Positions 36,476 through 47,839 of a stretch of DNA of 64,000 bases are shown in pieces. Location: positions 1 through 64,000 of the forward strand of contig DF237081.1 in assembly GCA_000708835.1 (NCBI GenBank), written 5' to 3'. A program made the translations under genes and the position numbers. How positions within the stretch are numbered: position 1 is the first letter of the stretch; each line of letters opens with the position of its first letter. The stretch comes from Klebsormidium nitens. Its lineage: Eukaryota > Plantae > Klebsormidiophyceae. The notes beneath the pieces were generated by a model. The model did no database searches and was not told the origin of the DNA. It saw only the letters and a program-made list of their open reading frames with translations.

Positions 36476-39400
36476 CTAGAAAGCGTTCCCATTGTCAAAC
36501 GCCTCAATTATCGGGCCTGCAACAGGGTCCGTAAGCTCCTTCCTACCCCTCCCCCTGCGCTTGACTGGTCTCTTCGACGCCGGTTTAGTCTGCCGCTGGT
36601 ATTCGGCACTTTTTTCGATGGCTATCGACGCCGTGCTCCTTTTGTTCAGCTCCGCTTGGATGGCGGCCATGGCAATGAGCAGCTTCTCGTTGCCTTCAGC
36701 GAGCTTGATCTGCGAGGCAACAGTCGGTTTCGAATCCCAGCTGCAAATCTTGACTTCATGTGTTGTGTGGATCGGGTACAGTATCGAGCAGGCTGCTTCA
36801 CCCGCTAGAAGAGTTGCAGTCCACAAAAAATGAGCGACGGTGCGATCTGAGGGCGAAGCAAAACGTCCCTCGACGTCCGGTTTGAGATGGGCTCAGAACA
36901 ATGGAAGCTCTGCCAGACGCCGTCGCCACTAATGTATCTCCAAATATCTTCGATTGTACGACACGCAAAACAAGGGCGCTTGGAAAGGACGCAGATTCTG
37001 CGGTGCATCCTCCGGCAGAAACACGTGTTGCACTGAGTTGAAAACTCTAGTGCTGAAGTTTTTTGAAATAAAATTTATGAGGACTTTGTTTCCCACGAGA
37101 AGATCACTGCGTTACTGGCATTCTCACGCGACGGCATCCGAAACCAGAGATTGGGAGGAGTAAACGGGGGAACACGGGAGTTTGCGGGCCCACCATGTGT
37201 TTTCGAAGGACCACATACGCCTTTGCCTTCTCAATCAGCCATGGGATACACGTAGACTCGACGTCCGTTACCTGCACGATTCGTCGGACGAATTAAGGCA
37301 GAGCGCTTCGTAAAGGAATCAGGCGCTGTTGCTGGATAACAAGCGCAGCACTAAACTTAGCAAGGCCCTTGTCGTTTCGTCCGACGGTTAGTGATGAAAC
37401 AGACGTCACTTTATTTCGACAGATGGCTCTGGGTGTTCAACGATCTGTTGCTTTGACTGACTCATCAAGAGCAAAGCAAATGCGAAATTCATTCCAGACC
37501 GAAGTTGTTCACGGTTGCTTGTTGAACGCAACCTGCACGATGATAGGCGTGTTTGCTTTGAATATATCTGGCGGTCGCTTCTTGGTTGAAAGTGAGGGGA
37601 GCGGCGCTCCTCGAATGGTCCTTCTCTAACAGGTCATTTGTTGCAGGATTCTCTACGAGACACGAAGAGCAACTTCGTACCTCATTTTCTTGTCGAGGAG
37701 TTCCTGAGTAACACGGCTACGCGATTACCCCACAATAGAGTCCGGGGGCAAATCTACCCCAATTTGCTTTTCTGAGGAAGTTCTTCTAGCAACAAAGCCA
37801 TGTGCCCAACACGCACCTTGACAGGCAGACCAGTTCAAAGTCAATTCGAAGCGCTGTAGTGCACGCTGAGTGAACATCACTCGACATGTTAGACTGTCTG
37901 CGATCGCTGACAAGAGCAGGGCGCCTACCGTGGGCATTCTTTTGTTCTTGACTTGGAAGAAGTCGCTCCACGTCTGGAAGTCCTGCCACGTCCGCATGTA
38001 CTGCTTAGAGGTGTCTTTGAACCTGCACGCGACGAGTGAGGCATGAAGCTCAGGGTGTAAACGCTGGATCGGAGTTGGGACTGAGGAAAGCCAAGCAGAG
38101 TAGTTCCGATTGTTTTGCCTGCAGTGCGTATAGACTCCCACTACAGCTCATGCAGCATCATGAGATGTGTTCGCACAAGGCTGCTTCAGGAAGACTGCAT
38201 GGCGCCTTTGCAACGGGTGCGAAGGGCACCGATAATATATCAAAGAGTTCCTGGAAAGTGGCACCAACTCGAGGCCTTGTTTCTTTGAAGAGAACGGACT
38301 GTTCGGGGGAAAAAACGGGAACAACGACACCAGAGGCGCCAAAGTTTGCAAAACAGGTACCTGAAGTGTTCACCTTCAACGTCGGTCCGTCACAAGCGAG
38401 AGTTGATCTCGCGAAAGCAAGACACGTATGCATAGAAGCATATGTTCAAAAGCACACAAGGAACAAGACTCTCAATAAAAAGAACAGAAGAGAAAATCGA
38501 CGATGTCTTACTCTTCCATCTCCGACTTGTGCCCCGTCACAAGCCGCTCCAGCAGTCCTTCCTCGTCCCCGGCCCTCATATTATCTTCCACCAGCACAGG
38601 CTGCGCCAATTCCTCCGCCCGCATCAACACCGTCTCCTGCGCATACCCGCTCAGGACCTCGCGCATCGACCGGGGCTGCCGGCCCACCACCTCGAAAACC
38701 CCACCCCCGGTGACGTCATCGCCCCCCTGCCCGCTGACGTCATCGTCCGTCATGCCGGCGTTCTCGTTCCGCTGCACCTTGATCCCCAGGAGCCGCCGAC
38801 GGCGGCGGCGCTCGATCGGGGAGAGCTCGCGCGAGGCCCCGTTCTGGGGGGCGTTGCTTGCGGTCTCCCGCTCGTGGGCGGGAAAAGTGTCAACTGTAGA
38901 GGAAACAGGGCCTTCCGGTTCTACGGCCGCTTGTCTCGCGTCATAAAGCCCGAGCCAACGCCGCGTCGGCGCGCTTTCCAAAACCGGGGGGTCGCTTTGC
39001 TGCGAAGGATCACCCCCCGGAAACAACGCGCCGTCAGCCAGCCGGGACAGAGCACTGCTGTCGGCAGCAGACCGTATCATTCCGCCTCTTCTAGAGTTCG
39101 CCGGACTTGGCGGGGAGGTCCGAGACGGGCTGAACTGACGGGGGGGGTCCGAGCTCGGCACGCGCCAGGTGGCGAAACCGCTTCCCGGGTCGCGGGGAAC
39201 GGGCTCCTTTGGGCGGCGCACGGGAAATCCTCGCGGGATTTTGGAGGGGTCCGGATCGACGGGCGATGGCCGGTCGACGGGTTGAGGAGTTTGGTTAAAG
39301 AGGCGGGTGGGGGTGCCCAGACTGTCTGTAAAGGCGAAATTGACGAGGGTTAAAAGCTGACCGAACGAAGGTTATGAGTTGACCGATGTCCGACCTTCGG

Positions 39401-40150
39401 GTTTCGGGGCTTGACTTCCTGAACTCTGGACTTTCTAATCCAAGCATAATGGAAGACGGCAGCGTGGGAGGAAACTTTGGAGCGAATCTGCCTGAGCGCG
39501 TCACAGCACACCTCGAGGGATTTGCCTCATAATTTCTGAATCCTTGTGCGTTGCAGAGGTCTGCTTCTACAGCCGTGGGGTGTCTCAACAGATGGCAGAC
39601 GGACGTACTGTACTTGCCTCCACGCATCCAGCGTTCAGAGAGACCGGCTTGTGCGCCTTCATAAGCTGCAGCATTTCTGCGTACGGCTCAAGCAACCTCA
39701 TTTCGCTTCAACTGACGACTCACCGCAGGAGTTCGGTCTCAGACCAGACGAGGACGTAAAAAGACCTGATTCTGAGAATCTGGGCAGCTCACCAGCCAGA
39801 GTCCTTCCTAGCCCCCCGCTCTGATCGTACTGCCTTGCACTCCCCTGCGCTCCGCCGGAGGGGGAGCCGTTCGCCTCGGAGTTCGCCCCCCTCGCAAAGC
39901 TCGCCGCTCTCCAACCTACTCCCGTCGCAGATGCGCTCACAGCGGGGTCTATTTTCGCCTCTTTCCAACCCCCCGTCGCGAAGCGGCCCGCCCGTGCTGA
40001 AGCGAACTCCGAAGATTCTTCGGAATCGTCGTCCAGATCGCTGTCCGCATCGGACTCAAGCAAGTCATCGTACGGCTCTGAGGTCGAAGCGAGCAGTCCG
40101 CCAGGAGAATCTGCAGTTGGGCAGGAAATTGGGACTTTAGAGGAGTCCAT
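36476..40150 (-). CDS. Hypothetical multi-exon protein: acidic/disordered N-terminus, possibly conserved C-terminal region
   Basis: Exon 1 from 40150 (MDSSKV..DADSDLDDDSEE) to the GTGAGT donor at about 39723; large exon about 39331-38511 ending at GA|GTAAGA. Then candidate exons giving ..IYYRFKDTSKQYMRTWQDFQTWSDFFQVKNKRMPTELLDKKMR and IKLAEGNEKLLIAMAAIQAELNKR. The linking exon(s) at 37000-37600 are unresolved. Confidence 0.5.
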
Positions 40151-40584
40151 GAAAAGTAACAAAAAGTAGAGTCAATGATTAAAGAGGGCGTCGGGGGGAC
40201 CGGTTCCCCCTCGGCGACCAGCAAAGTGCCCATAGAGCCAAACTGGTCGCTCCGGACAATATCTGAGATGGAATCTGGTCCGTTGGATGAAATTTCCCCT
40301 GAGGACTCAGATGCACGAGTGTCCTTTGAAATCTGACGCCCTCTTTAAGGCGCTGGTTGTTTGCTCGTAAGTTCGTCCTCGGATTGAGTTCGGTCGGCAG
40401 CTATGTTAACCCGCTCACCACGAGTTGTTTTCGAGTAGAGAATGGGAGTTGTAGAAAGAGTTGCCGGTGAGCACTAGAACGACATACTAAGCGGAAGTGG
40501 GCAGGGCACAGGAACCGAAGCGAATCCAGATGGCAAACCAAGATAGGAGGTCAGAAAGAACCGAATTGCATCCACAAGCGCCCC

Positions 40585-41400
40585 TTAGCGTTGTTCCAGC
40601 TCCCGCTTAGACGCTTCCAGGTACGCTGCTTGCGGGCACACAAAAAAAACGACAGACATGCGCAAATTTGTGAAGATTAAAGAGAACAAAGAGAACAACT
40701 AAAATGGAAGAAAGCAATAATCACGAAGAAAGGAAACGCTCAGGTGCGGTTCCAGAATCGCACCTGAGTGTCTTTCCAACTCCCTCCTCGACTCCCCCAG
40801 ATACGCTGCTTGACAACAAGAGCAGAGAGACATGCGCAAGTTTTGAAATATCGAGACAAAAGAGAACACCTTGGACAAGAAAGAAAGAAAGCAAGAAAAG
40901 CAAACCGCATCTAGAAACACACGTGGACGTCTCTCGGACTCCTCCTGGACTTTTCCAGATATGATGCTTGTGAGAGCACAGATAGACATGCGCGAAGGTG
41001 TGAAGATTGAGAAGAACTAAGAGAACATCCAAATGACAAAAAGACAACAAAATCCAAAAGGAAGCAATCAGCGATCAGGAATGCACCTGGGCGTCTCGTC
41101 AGTTCCATCCAGGCTTCTTCCAGATACGCTGCTTGTGAGTGCAAATATAAAACAAACAGAACATCCAAATCACCAGATAGCAACACAAGCCAAAAGAAGC
41201 AATCAACAAATGGAAACGCACCTCCAACACCCTTCTCAACTCCTCCAGATACGCTGCTTGTGAGCACGACATACACAAACATGTGCAATGTTGTGAAGAT
41301 TCCGAAGAACAAAGAGGACATTTTCATGGCAGAAAAAAAGAGAGCAAGAAGTAAGCACCCGAGCGTCTCTCCAGCTCCCTCCTGGACTCCTCCAGATACG
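40585..41400 (-). repeat. Array of six paralogous AYLEESRRELERR-type exon-end/microexon units
   Basis: CCAG(A/G)TA(C/T)G(C/A)TGCTTG-like cores near 40617, 40797, 40955, 41120 and 41245, plus the parent near 41392. Confidence 0.9.
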
Positions 41401-44400
41401 CCTCCAGCCCCCCCCGCCGCCGCGCCACCTTGACCAGCGCCAGCAGCAGCCGCGCCTTGATCAGATGCGCCGTGCGCACTTTCCGGGGCCACACGTCCCT
41501 ATGCTTCTTCCAGTCTAGCCGCTCCCCCCCCCGGAGAAGCCCTAGCATGAACTCCAGCGCCGACGCTCTTTCCCCCGGATGCATCCCATCGACGGCCCTC
41601 GTTTCTTCCGCGGTCAACTCCCGCCAATCCTCGCCCTTCAAAGGCCGCCCCCTGCTTAGGCTCTCCACCAACAACCGTTCGATCGCTTCTTCTTCTTGAC
41701 ACAGTTTTAGATACGCTGGCAGCCCCCCCATTTCGTCGGCCTCGCGCCAGACCCCCCGCAGGGTCTCCCGGGAGTAGCGCTCCCCGTCGGGCGCGCACGG
41801 CCAGTCCTCCTTTCTGGGGGGGTCGGCCCCCTGCTTATTCAACCCCATGAGATACTCGGCAATCACCGCTTTTTCCAGGCTCTCCAACCGCCGCTGCCGC
41901 CGGCCGTCAGTAGTCAGCCCCGCCCTTTGGAATAACGTCTCGACGTCGCTGTCCGAGTCGTCCTCAAAAAAGTCCGAAAACTCGGCCTTTTTCTCCGTGG
42001 GGGTGCCGCTTCCCACGGTTTCCGACCCCCCCGCCGGGTCTTGATTCGCCAGCAACTCCTGGGTTCGCAACACGACGTCCGCCGACAGCTCCTCGCTCAT
42101 CGCCTGGAAAAACTCGTCCCCATTCTCACCACCGGCCGGACCTGCCGCCGCTCCTGGTGGGAATTTTCCCCCCGCCGTCTCTGCCAGCACCGTGGGCGCG
42201 TTCGTAGCGACGTCGTTCTCCGACCGCAGCCTCCCGTGCTCCCGTAGATGCTTCTCCACGGCTTTGATCACCGGCATCAGAAAGTACCGCCCGGTGCGGT
42301 CCCGCGGCCTCGCCAGCTTCAGCTCCGGGACTTCCTGCGACTTCAACCACTCCGCGATCCGCGACATCTCTTGCCCGGTAAGCCGTACCCCGAGCGCCTC
42401 AAACAGCTTCTCGTCCTCTTCCAATGTGTACGTTTTCGGCTGCTCCCGTACCACCGGTATCTCTTCGATCGCCTGCGCTTCTTCCCCGATCTTCCGACTG
42501 GCGGTCACGAGCACCGGGGCGTCTTCGGGACCCCCGGGCACCGAACTCCGTCTACCGGTCTGTTCTGGGCTGCCGTCCGAGCGACCGGTAGAAGGTCCCC
42601 CGGGCCGTTTACTCCGCTCGATCATCTTCTCAGCGCTCTTCCGTTTCTTGATCGGGAGGGGGGGTGGGAGCGACTTGATGGGCACTGCAACTGACCCTCC
42701 CTCATTTGAACCATCGCCCGCCCCATCCCCTGCCCCCCTCAAGACAACAGCATTTAACGGCACCCCAGAAACAGTCACTCTCTGTCCGGCCCCCGCAGAA
42801 GTCCCGTCCTCTGCAACCCTCGACACGGCAACCAGGACAGGCGCGCTCTTAAGAGCCACGCCGTTGGTAGAATCGACTCCGTCATTCAGCCGGCCTTCTG
42901 CCCGGACAGAGGACCCTGTTTCCAACAACGCTGCCCCGTTACGTACGCCTACCAAAACCATGCCGTTCGCGCTTTCGTGCAAGCCGTCCCTGGGGCTTTG
43001 AACCGGATTCTCCAACTGATCCTTCGCCGTAGGCCCGTTAGTGTTCCTGAACCCGTCTTTCAATTGGAGAGAGGTAAACGCATGCCGCTCCGATTCGGCC
43101 GCATCCCGCGCAGCCGCCCCGTTTAAACTGCCGTTTCTCCTTGCAGCACCGTTCTCGCTTCGCTCAGCGTAGAGCGCTGCATCCGGAACGGAGCTTGCGT
43201 GTCCGTTCGAAGCTGCTGCCAGCCTCGCTGCCTTTCCATTCGATGCAACCGCCTCTGTTTCGCTCCCCTCCAGAACTGCTCCGTTCAACACCGGAACGCT
43301 TCCCTCTTCCACCGACTCACTTCCCTCCACCACCGGAACACTTTTTCCCTCCTCCGACACCCCCCGTCCTTCCAACGCTCCGTTCTGCACCGCCTTCTCG
43401 CCTGCCGTGAGCGCGCCAGGTGTCGCATGTCCATCAGTCGATGCCATCAGCCCTTCTCTTTCAGCAAGCCCGTTTCGATCCGCTCTGCCAGCAGGCGGCT
43501 CGCGTGCACGGAACGCTCCCTCTGGCGCCCCATTCCGGACTCCGTCCAGCGCCGCTGGAACCGAGTGCTCCACTCCAGTTGCAATTTCTCCTCCGTTTCC
43601 CCCTGGAATCGTTCTCACCCCCGTCTCCACCGCTCCTCTCTGTGGCATCCGCCCATTTGCAGCCAACCCGTCTCTCAACACGTTTGACGCTGCCCTTCTG
43701 CTCTCAAACTGTAAACCTCCCTCTTTCTCTGCCAGCCCCTGTCGCAAACCCTCTCCCGAAACCCTCCCTTCCCCTCTGCCCTCAGCTTTGGCAGTTCCGT
43801 TTTGAACCACCCTCTCGACGGCAGCGAACGCCTCCCGCAACCCATCCCCGACTCCGCTTTGACTCTTCCCGTCCCGGATTCTCGTCCCAAGACCTACACG
43901 CTCCGAAACGGCTTCTGGAAACCCTTCCCCCTTAACCGAAGCCTGGGCCAACTGCCTCAGCCTCTGGAAGCGCTTGCTCGACGCCACCATCTGCGCCACG
44001 GCCGTGTTCGCATCCCGTTTCAGGGGGCCATCCCCCCAGTCCACGGCTCCCCCCGCCGCGTCTTCCCCGTCCCGGGGGGTCCCGTCCCCAGTCATTTCCA
44101 GCCCCCCAAACTGCTCCGCTCGCGCCGCGGCCGCTGCCGAGGTGCTCCGGGTGCCCACCCCTTTGAGCGCTCTTCTACTCCTCCAATTCCCCGCCCTCCC
44201 GACGCGGCTCCCCTCTGCCGGAGTGGGTAGCGGGTCATTCAACACGCCCAGGCTTAGCAGTACTTTCTCCACCCCTTCCGACGATTGTCCATTCTCACCC
44301 GTTCGCAAACGATCGGCCGCTGCAGCAACTCCCGCCTCGTTCGCTAGAACCTCGGCTTTTGCTCCGAGGCCCTTCTGCACACGCTCCAGCCGAAGAAGAA

Positions 44401-46018
44401 AGTCCTCCCGCCCGAACCCGTTCGTTTTCGAAACTCCGTTCTTCGGCTCGGCCCGCAAACCGCTCGGCACAAGCCCCCGTCTCTCCCCGTCTTTCTGAGA
44501 CCTGTCATGAGACTCAACCACTCTTTGCACAGCCTTGTCTCGAGCGAAACCATTTGCGCTCACAGCCTCGCGCGAACCTTCCTGCCCAGCCACCCCCTCT
44601 AGCGGAGCGTCCCTTTTGAAAGTCCTGGCGAACCCGTTCCAACCCGCTGGCCCAATCTGCTTGGCAGCCTCTCCCGCGACTTCCTGCTCAGGCGCCCCTG
44701 CCAGAAACGGTACCACATTTCGACTTTCCTCCGACCTCTCCTCCAACCCGCTTGTGTCAGACCCCCAAGCAGTTTGCCTATTCTGGGCCCCGTTCTCTTT
44801 GCCCGTTTGCTTTCGGTCTCCCCTCCCACTGGCCCCCTCATCTTCCATTTCCTGTACCCCCCTGCTCTGTCTGGCGGGATCCAGATCCTGTTCTGCCAAG
44901 GTCTCCATGTCAACCTCTCCAGCAGACCCGTTCAAATATACTGCCCCGTTCTTGCTATTAGCGCCGTTCGCTGGAACTTCTTCCGCAGCCGTTGTCAATG
45001 ACGTCCGACCTTCTTGAGAAATCTGCTTTGATAGGCTAACCCCGGCCTTTCCATTCTGCATGCCAGGGAGTTCGCCCGCAGGCACTTCTGACCCTCCATG
45101 AGCTGCCACCTTCCCCAAAGATTCTCCCGCCAACTTCTGACCCCCCCCTCCTTCCGTAACAGTCTCCTCCCTTTCAACCCCAGTCTCGCCTCTCCCCAGG
45201 CCCTGAGCATCCCCCTCAGCCAGGCCCGCCGTCCTTTTCGAACGCGGTTTTCTCTTGGGCGCATCAGCGCCTCTTCTCTTCGCCTCCGTCTTTTTCGTCT
45301 TTTGTGCCAGCGCGAGCAGGGGGGCGCTCAGCCAGGCAGCCTGGACCCCTATCAGCTTTTTCAGCACCTCTCGCCCCTTCTTCTTTAGCAGCGGCTTCTT
45401 CGGACCCACTTCGCCCCTCTCCTTCTGCCCGACCCTGTTTGAAGAGGCGGCTGGTTCGGCAGCTTCCGGGGGGTCTGTCAGCTGCTGATTTTGACCCCTT
45501 GTTTGGCTTGGATTGCTCCCGCTGGTTGTGGCGGCCCTTCCGCTTTCAATCCTCTCCTTATCCGAGGCACTGGCTTCCCCATAAAACCCCCGGTCATCTG
45601 AAGCAGCCTCCGGCGCCGTCGATCCTCTTGACTGGCCCCTGGTTCGAAACACCCCTTCCCCGAAACCCTTGACCAATGGCCCCTTTGAGCAGACGGCACT
45701 TTTACCAGCAAGCGCTGAACGCCGCACCCTCTGATCACGTGCTGGAACCGACGCGCACACTCCGCTACAGAGGCGTTTCCTCCTGTGCCGGACTTTCAAG
45801 GGCAGCAGGCTAAAAGCCCAGACTGCTGGACTCTTGGAGTCACTGACACACAGACAGGCTTTTGGTCTGCTCTGCAAGCACCTTTCCCCAGCTTGAAGCT
45901 CTGAATACGTCACCAATCCTTGCTTACAGAAAGCAGCAGTCTTCGTGTCCCTCAATGAAAGCCTGGACCCTCCTAACGTACAGAGAACTGGATACCTGCT
46001 CGCTGAACACAAAGCCAT
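40585..46018 (-). CDS. Large low-complexity protein with a probable plastid transit peptide; one 4.66-kb exon plus terminal microexon(s)
   Basis: The 1639-aa ORF most plausibly starts at MALCSASRYPV (46018) after an acceptor at about 46068. The N-terminus is Ser/Ala/Arg-rich. Donor after ..ELERRS G at 41359; stop-containing paralogous exon at 40628-40585. Confidence 0.7.
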
Positions 46019-47839
46019 TGCTGGAGTGCTACTTGAGGCGCCAGCTTTGCCAACTGATGGAGTACTTCTGCAGGGGGAATGAAAAGAATCTGGATAAAGA
46101 TATTGCAGAGTGGATAATGTGCACATCATTCTCGATCGTCCATGGATAGCCTGACAGGAATTGAAGTTGAACCTACGAGAGTTGAGACCTCCTCTCAATA
46201 AGTCCAGTAGAAGTGCGCTTTGCGCACAAGAAAGCGCTTGCACTCAAGTGCACACACTGCCTTCGACGTAGATTCCGACCTTGCAAATTTGTCTCTTTCT
46301 TCAAATATATCGCCTTAGATGAAAGCATTTCAAAACCACGGTGGATCAATAGCAACAGCATTGCACAAATGCTGACGAATGAGCCGCCTGATGCAGCTCT
46401 GACCAATGGTATGAAAAGCAGACACTGCTTCTTTGCTAAAACCGTTAACAAGGAAGTGGCAGAACAACAACAGGATACACAAAAGCCCCAAAAGATGATA
46501 GACTTGACGGGAAAACATAGGAGAATACGGAGCAGTTGTACAGGATGTGGATGTGCGTTCAAGCACAAATGAATGTCCCTAAGTCACAAAGGAGTAGCCA
46601 GGTCCATTATAGTGTGAATTGAACGCCAGCTTTGAACACCGTCTTCGATTAAGTGGTGTGAAAACCAGTGCCCCAATGCCAACTTGAAAAGTGGTTCAAG
46701 ATGGAGAATAAGAGGTTGCAAGGGAGATGCAATACTTCGTCATCTGAAAATTGACGGCAAAAGGGTTTCAAAAAGGAGCAGTGGAGTTAGAAGGGCCAAT
46801 CCTTATTATTCGGCCCTCGATCGGTGCTTTAAGGAAACCCTAAAAGTGGTGTTCCACAGACTTGCAACCCGAAGCCTGAGAATCAGAACTTTCGATCTTC
46901 CCGCAACAGCAACATCCTTTGCAAGAAACTTCTTATCAGACTGTGTTCATCATGTTGTCGCAGGCGAAACATTTTCTCACCTTCACAGCTCCCCCGTCTG
47001 CAAACCTTGCACCACCTTCACACGCAGCTGATTGAGATCTGCATTGATGAGCACGAGACACAGCTTCAAACCGGATTTCTACCTAAGACCCGTAAGCATC
47101 CCCTGTATTGGGAGAGACAGCTTCAAAAGCCCCATTCCATGCTTCCTATTCATATCTCCCTATCTAATCTGTCTAGAAGTTGTGATGTGGTGCCCAATGG
47201 TGCAAATGCTGGCCCCAGCTGAACTAAATTCTTGAAAGAAGAATTGGCGAAACTTTCTTTGCAATCGACCGGGTGGAACTGCCCGAGTGCCAAACGGGTT
47301 TCCAAACGTTTTTGGGTTAATTCAAGATTTCTAGGAGCTTCAACAGCTCTGTCTACAGCCTAGCGAGTATCCTATGTATGAGTTAGATTCCTTAACCCAA
47401 GTTTTATGTCTAAGCATGCCAACCGGGACAAATAAAATTGCCACGTCACCGATATGTAGCTTCAAAATGCATAGAACGTACCTACATCATCATGGGCCAA
47501 ATGCCAATGGCTCATGCGGGCTCATGTGCTTCCTGCAACAAACTGATGGTGCTCACTACCTAGTATTTCAGTCTCTCTCTAGCCCTATCTGTGCTTGTTG
47601 CCATGTTGGGGACGAGCAGAGCAGTTGCATTTCACAAGATTTTTCAGTCTGGCTGGTCTGGCCTCAATGTCCTAGGCTTCGTCAAGCTCACCTGAATCGT
47701 GACCCGACCTGTCTCGTCACTGAATGTTCAACATCATTTTGAGAGCGTTCTCAGAGTTTTCTTGAAGTCAAGCTGCCGCAGTACAGGTTGGGACTGCACG
47801 CCTCTTGGTTACTCGCGGCAAATGTTGGCCATGTGAACA

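Noticed and set aside
38442-39353. 303-aa + strand ORF
   Set aside because: Antisense to the large exon of the minus-strand gene, which has proper splice sites.
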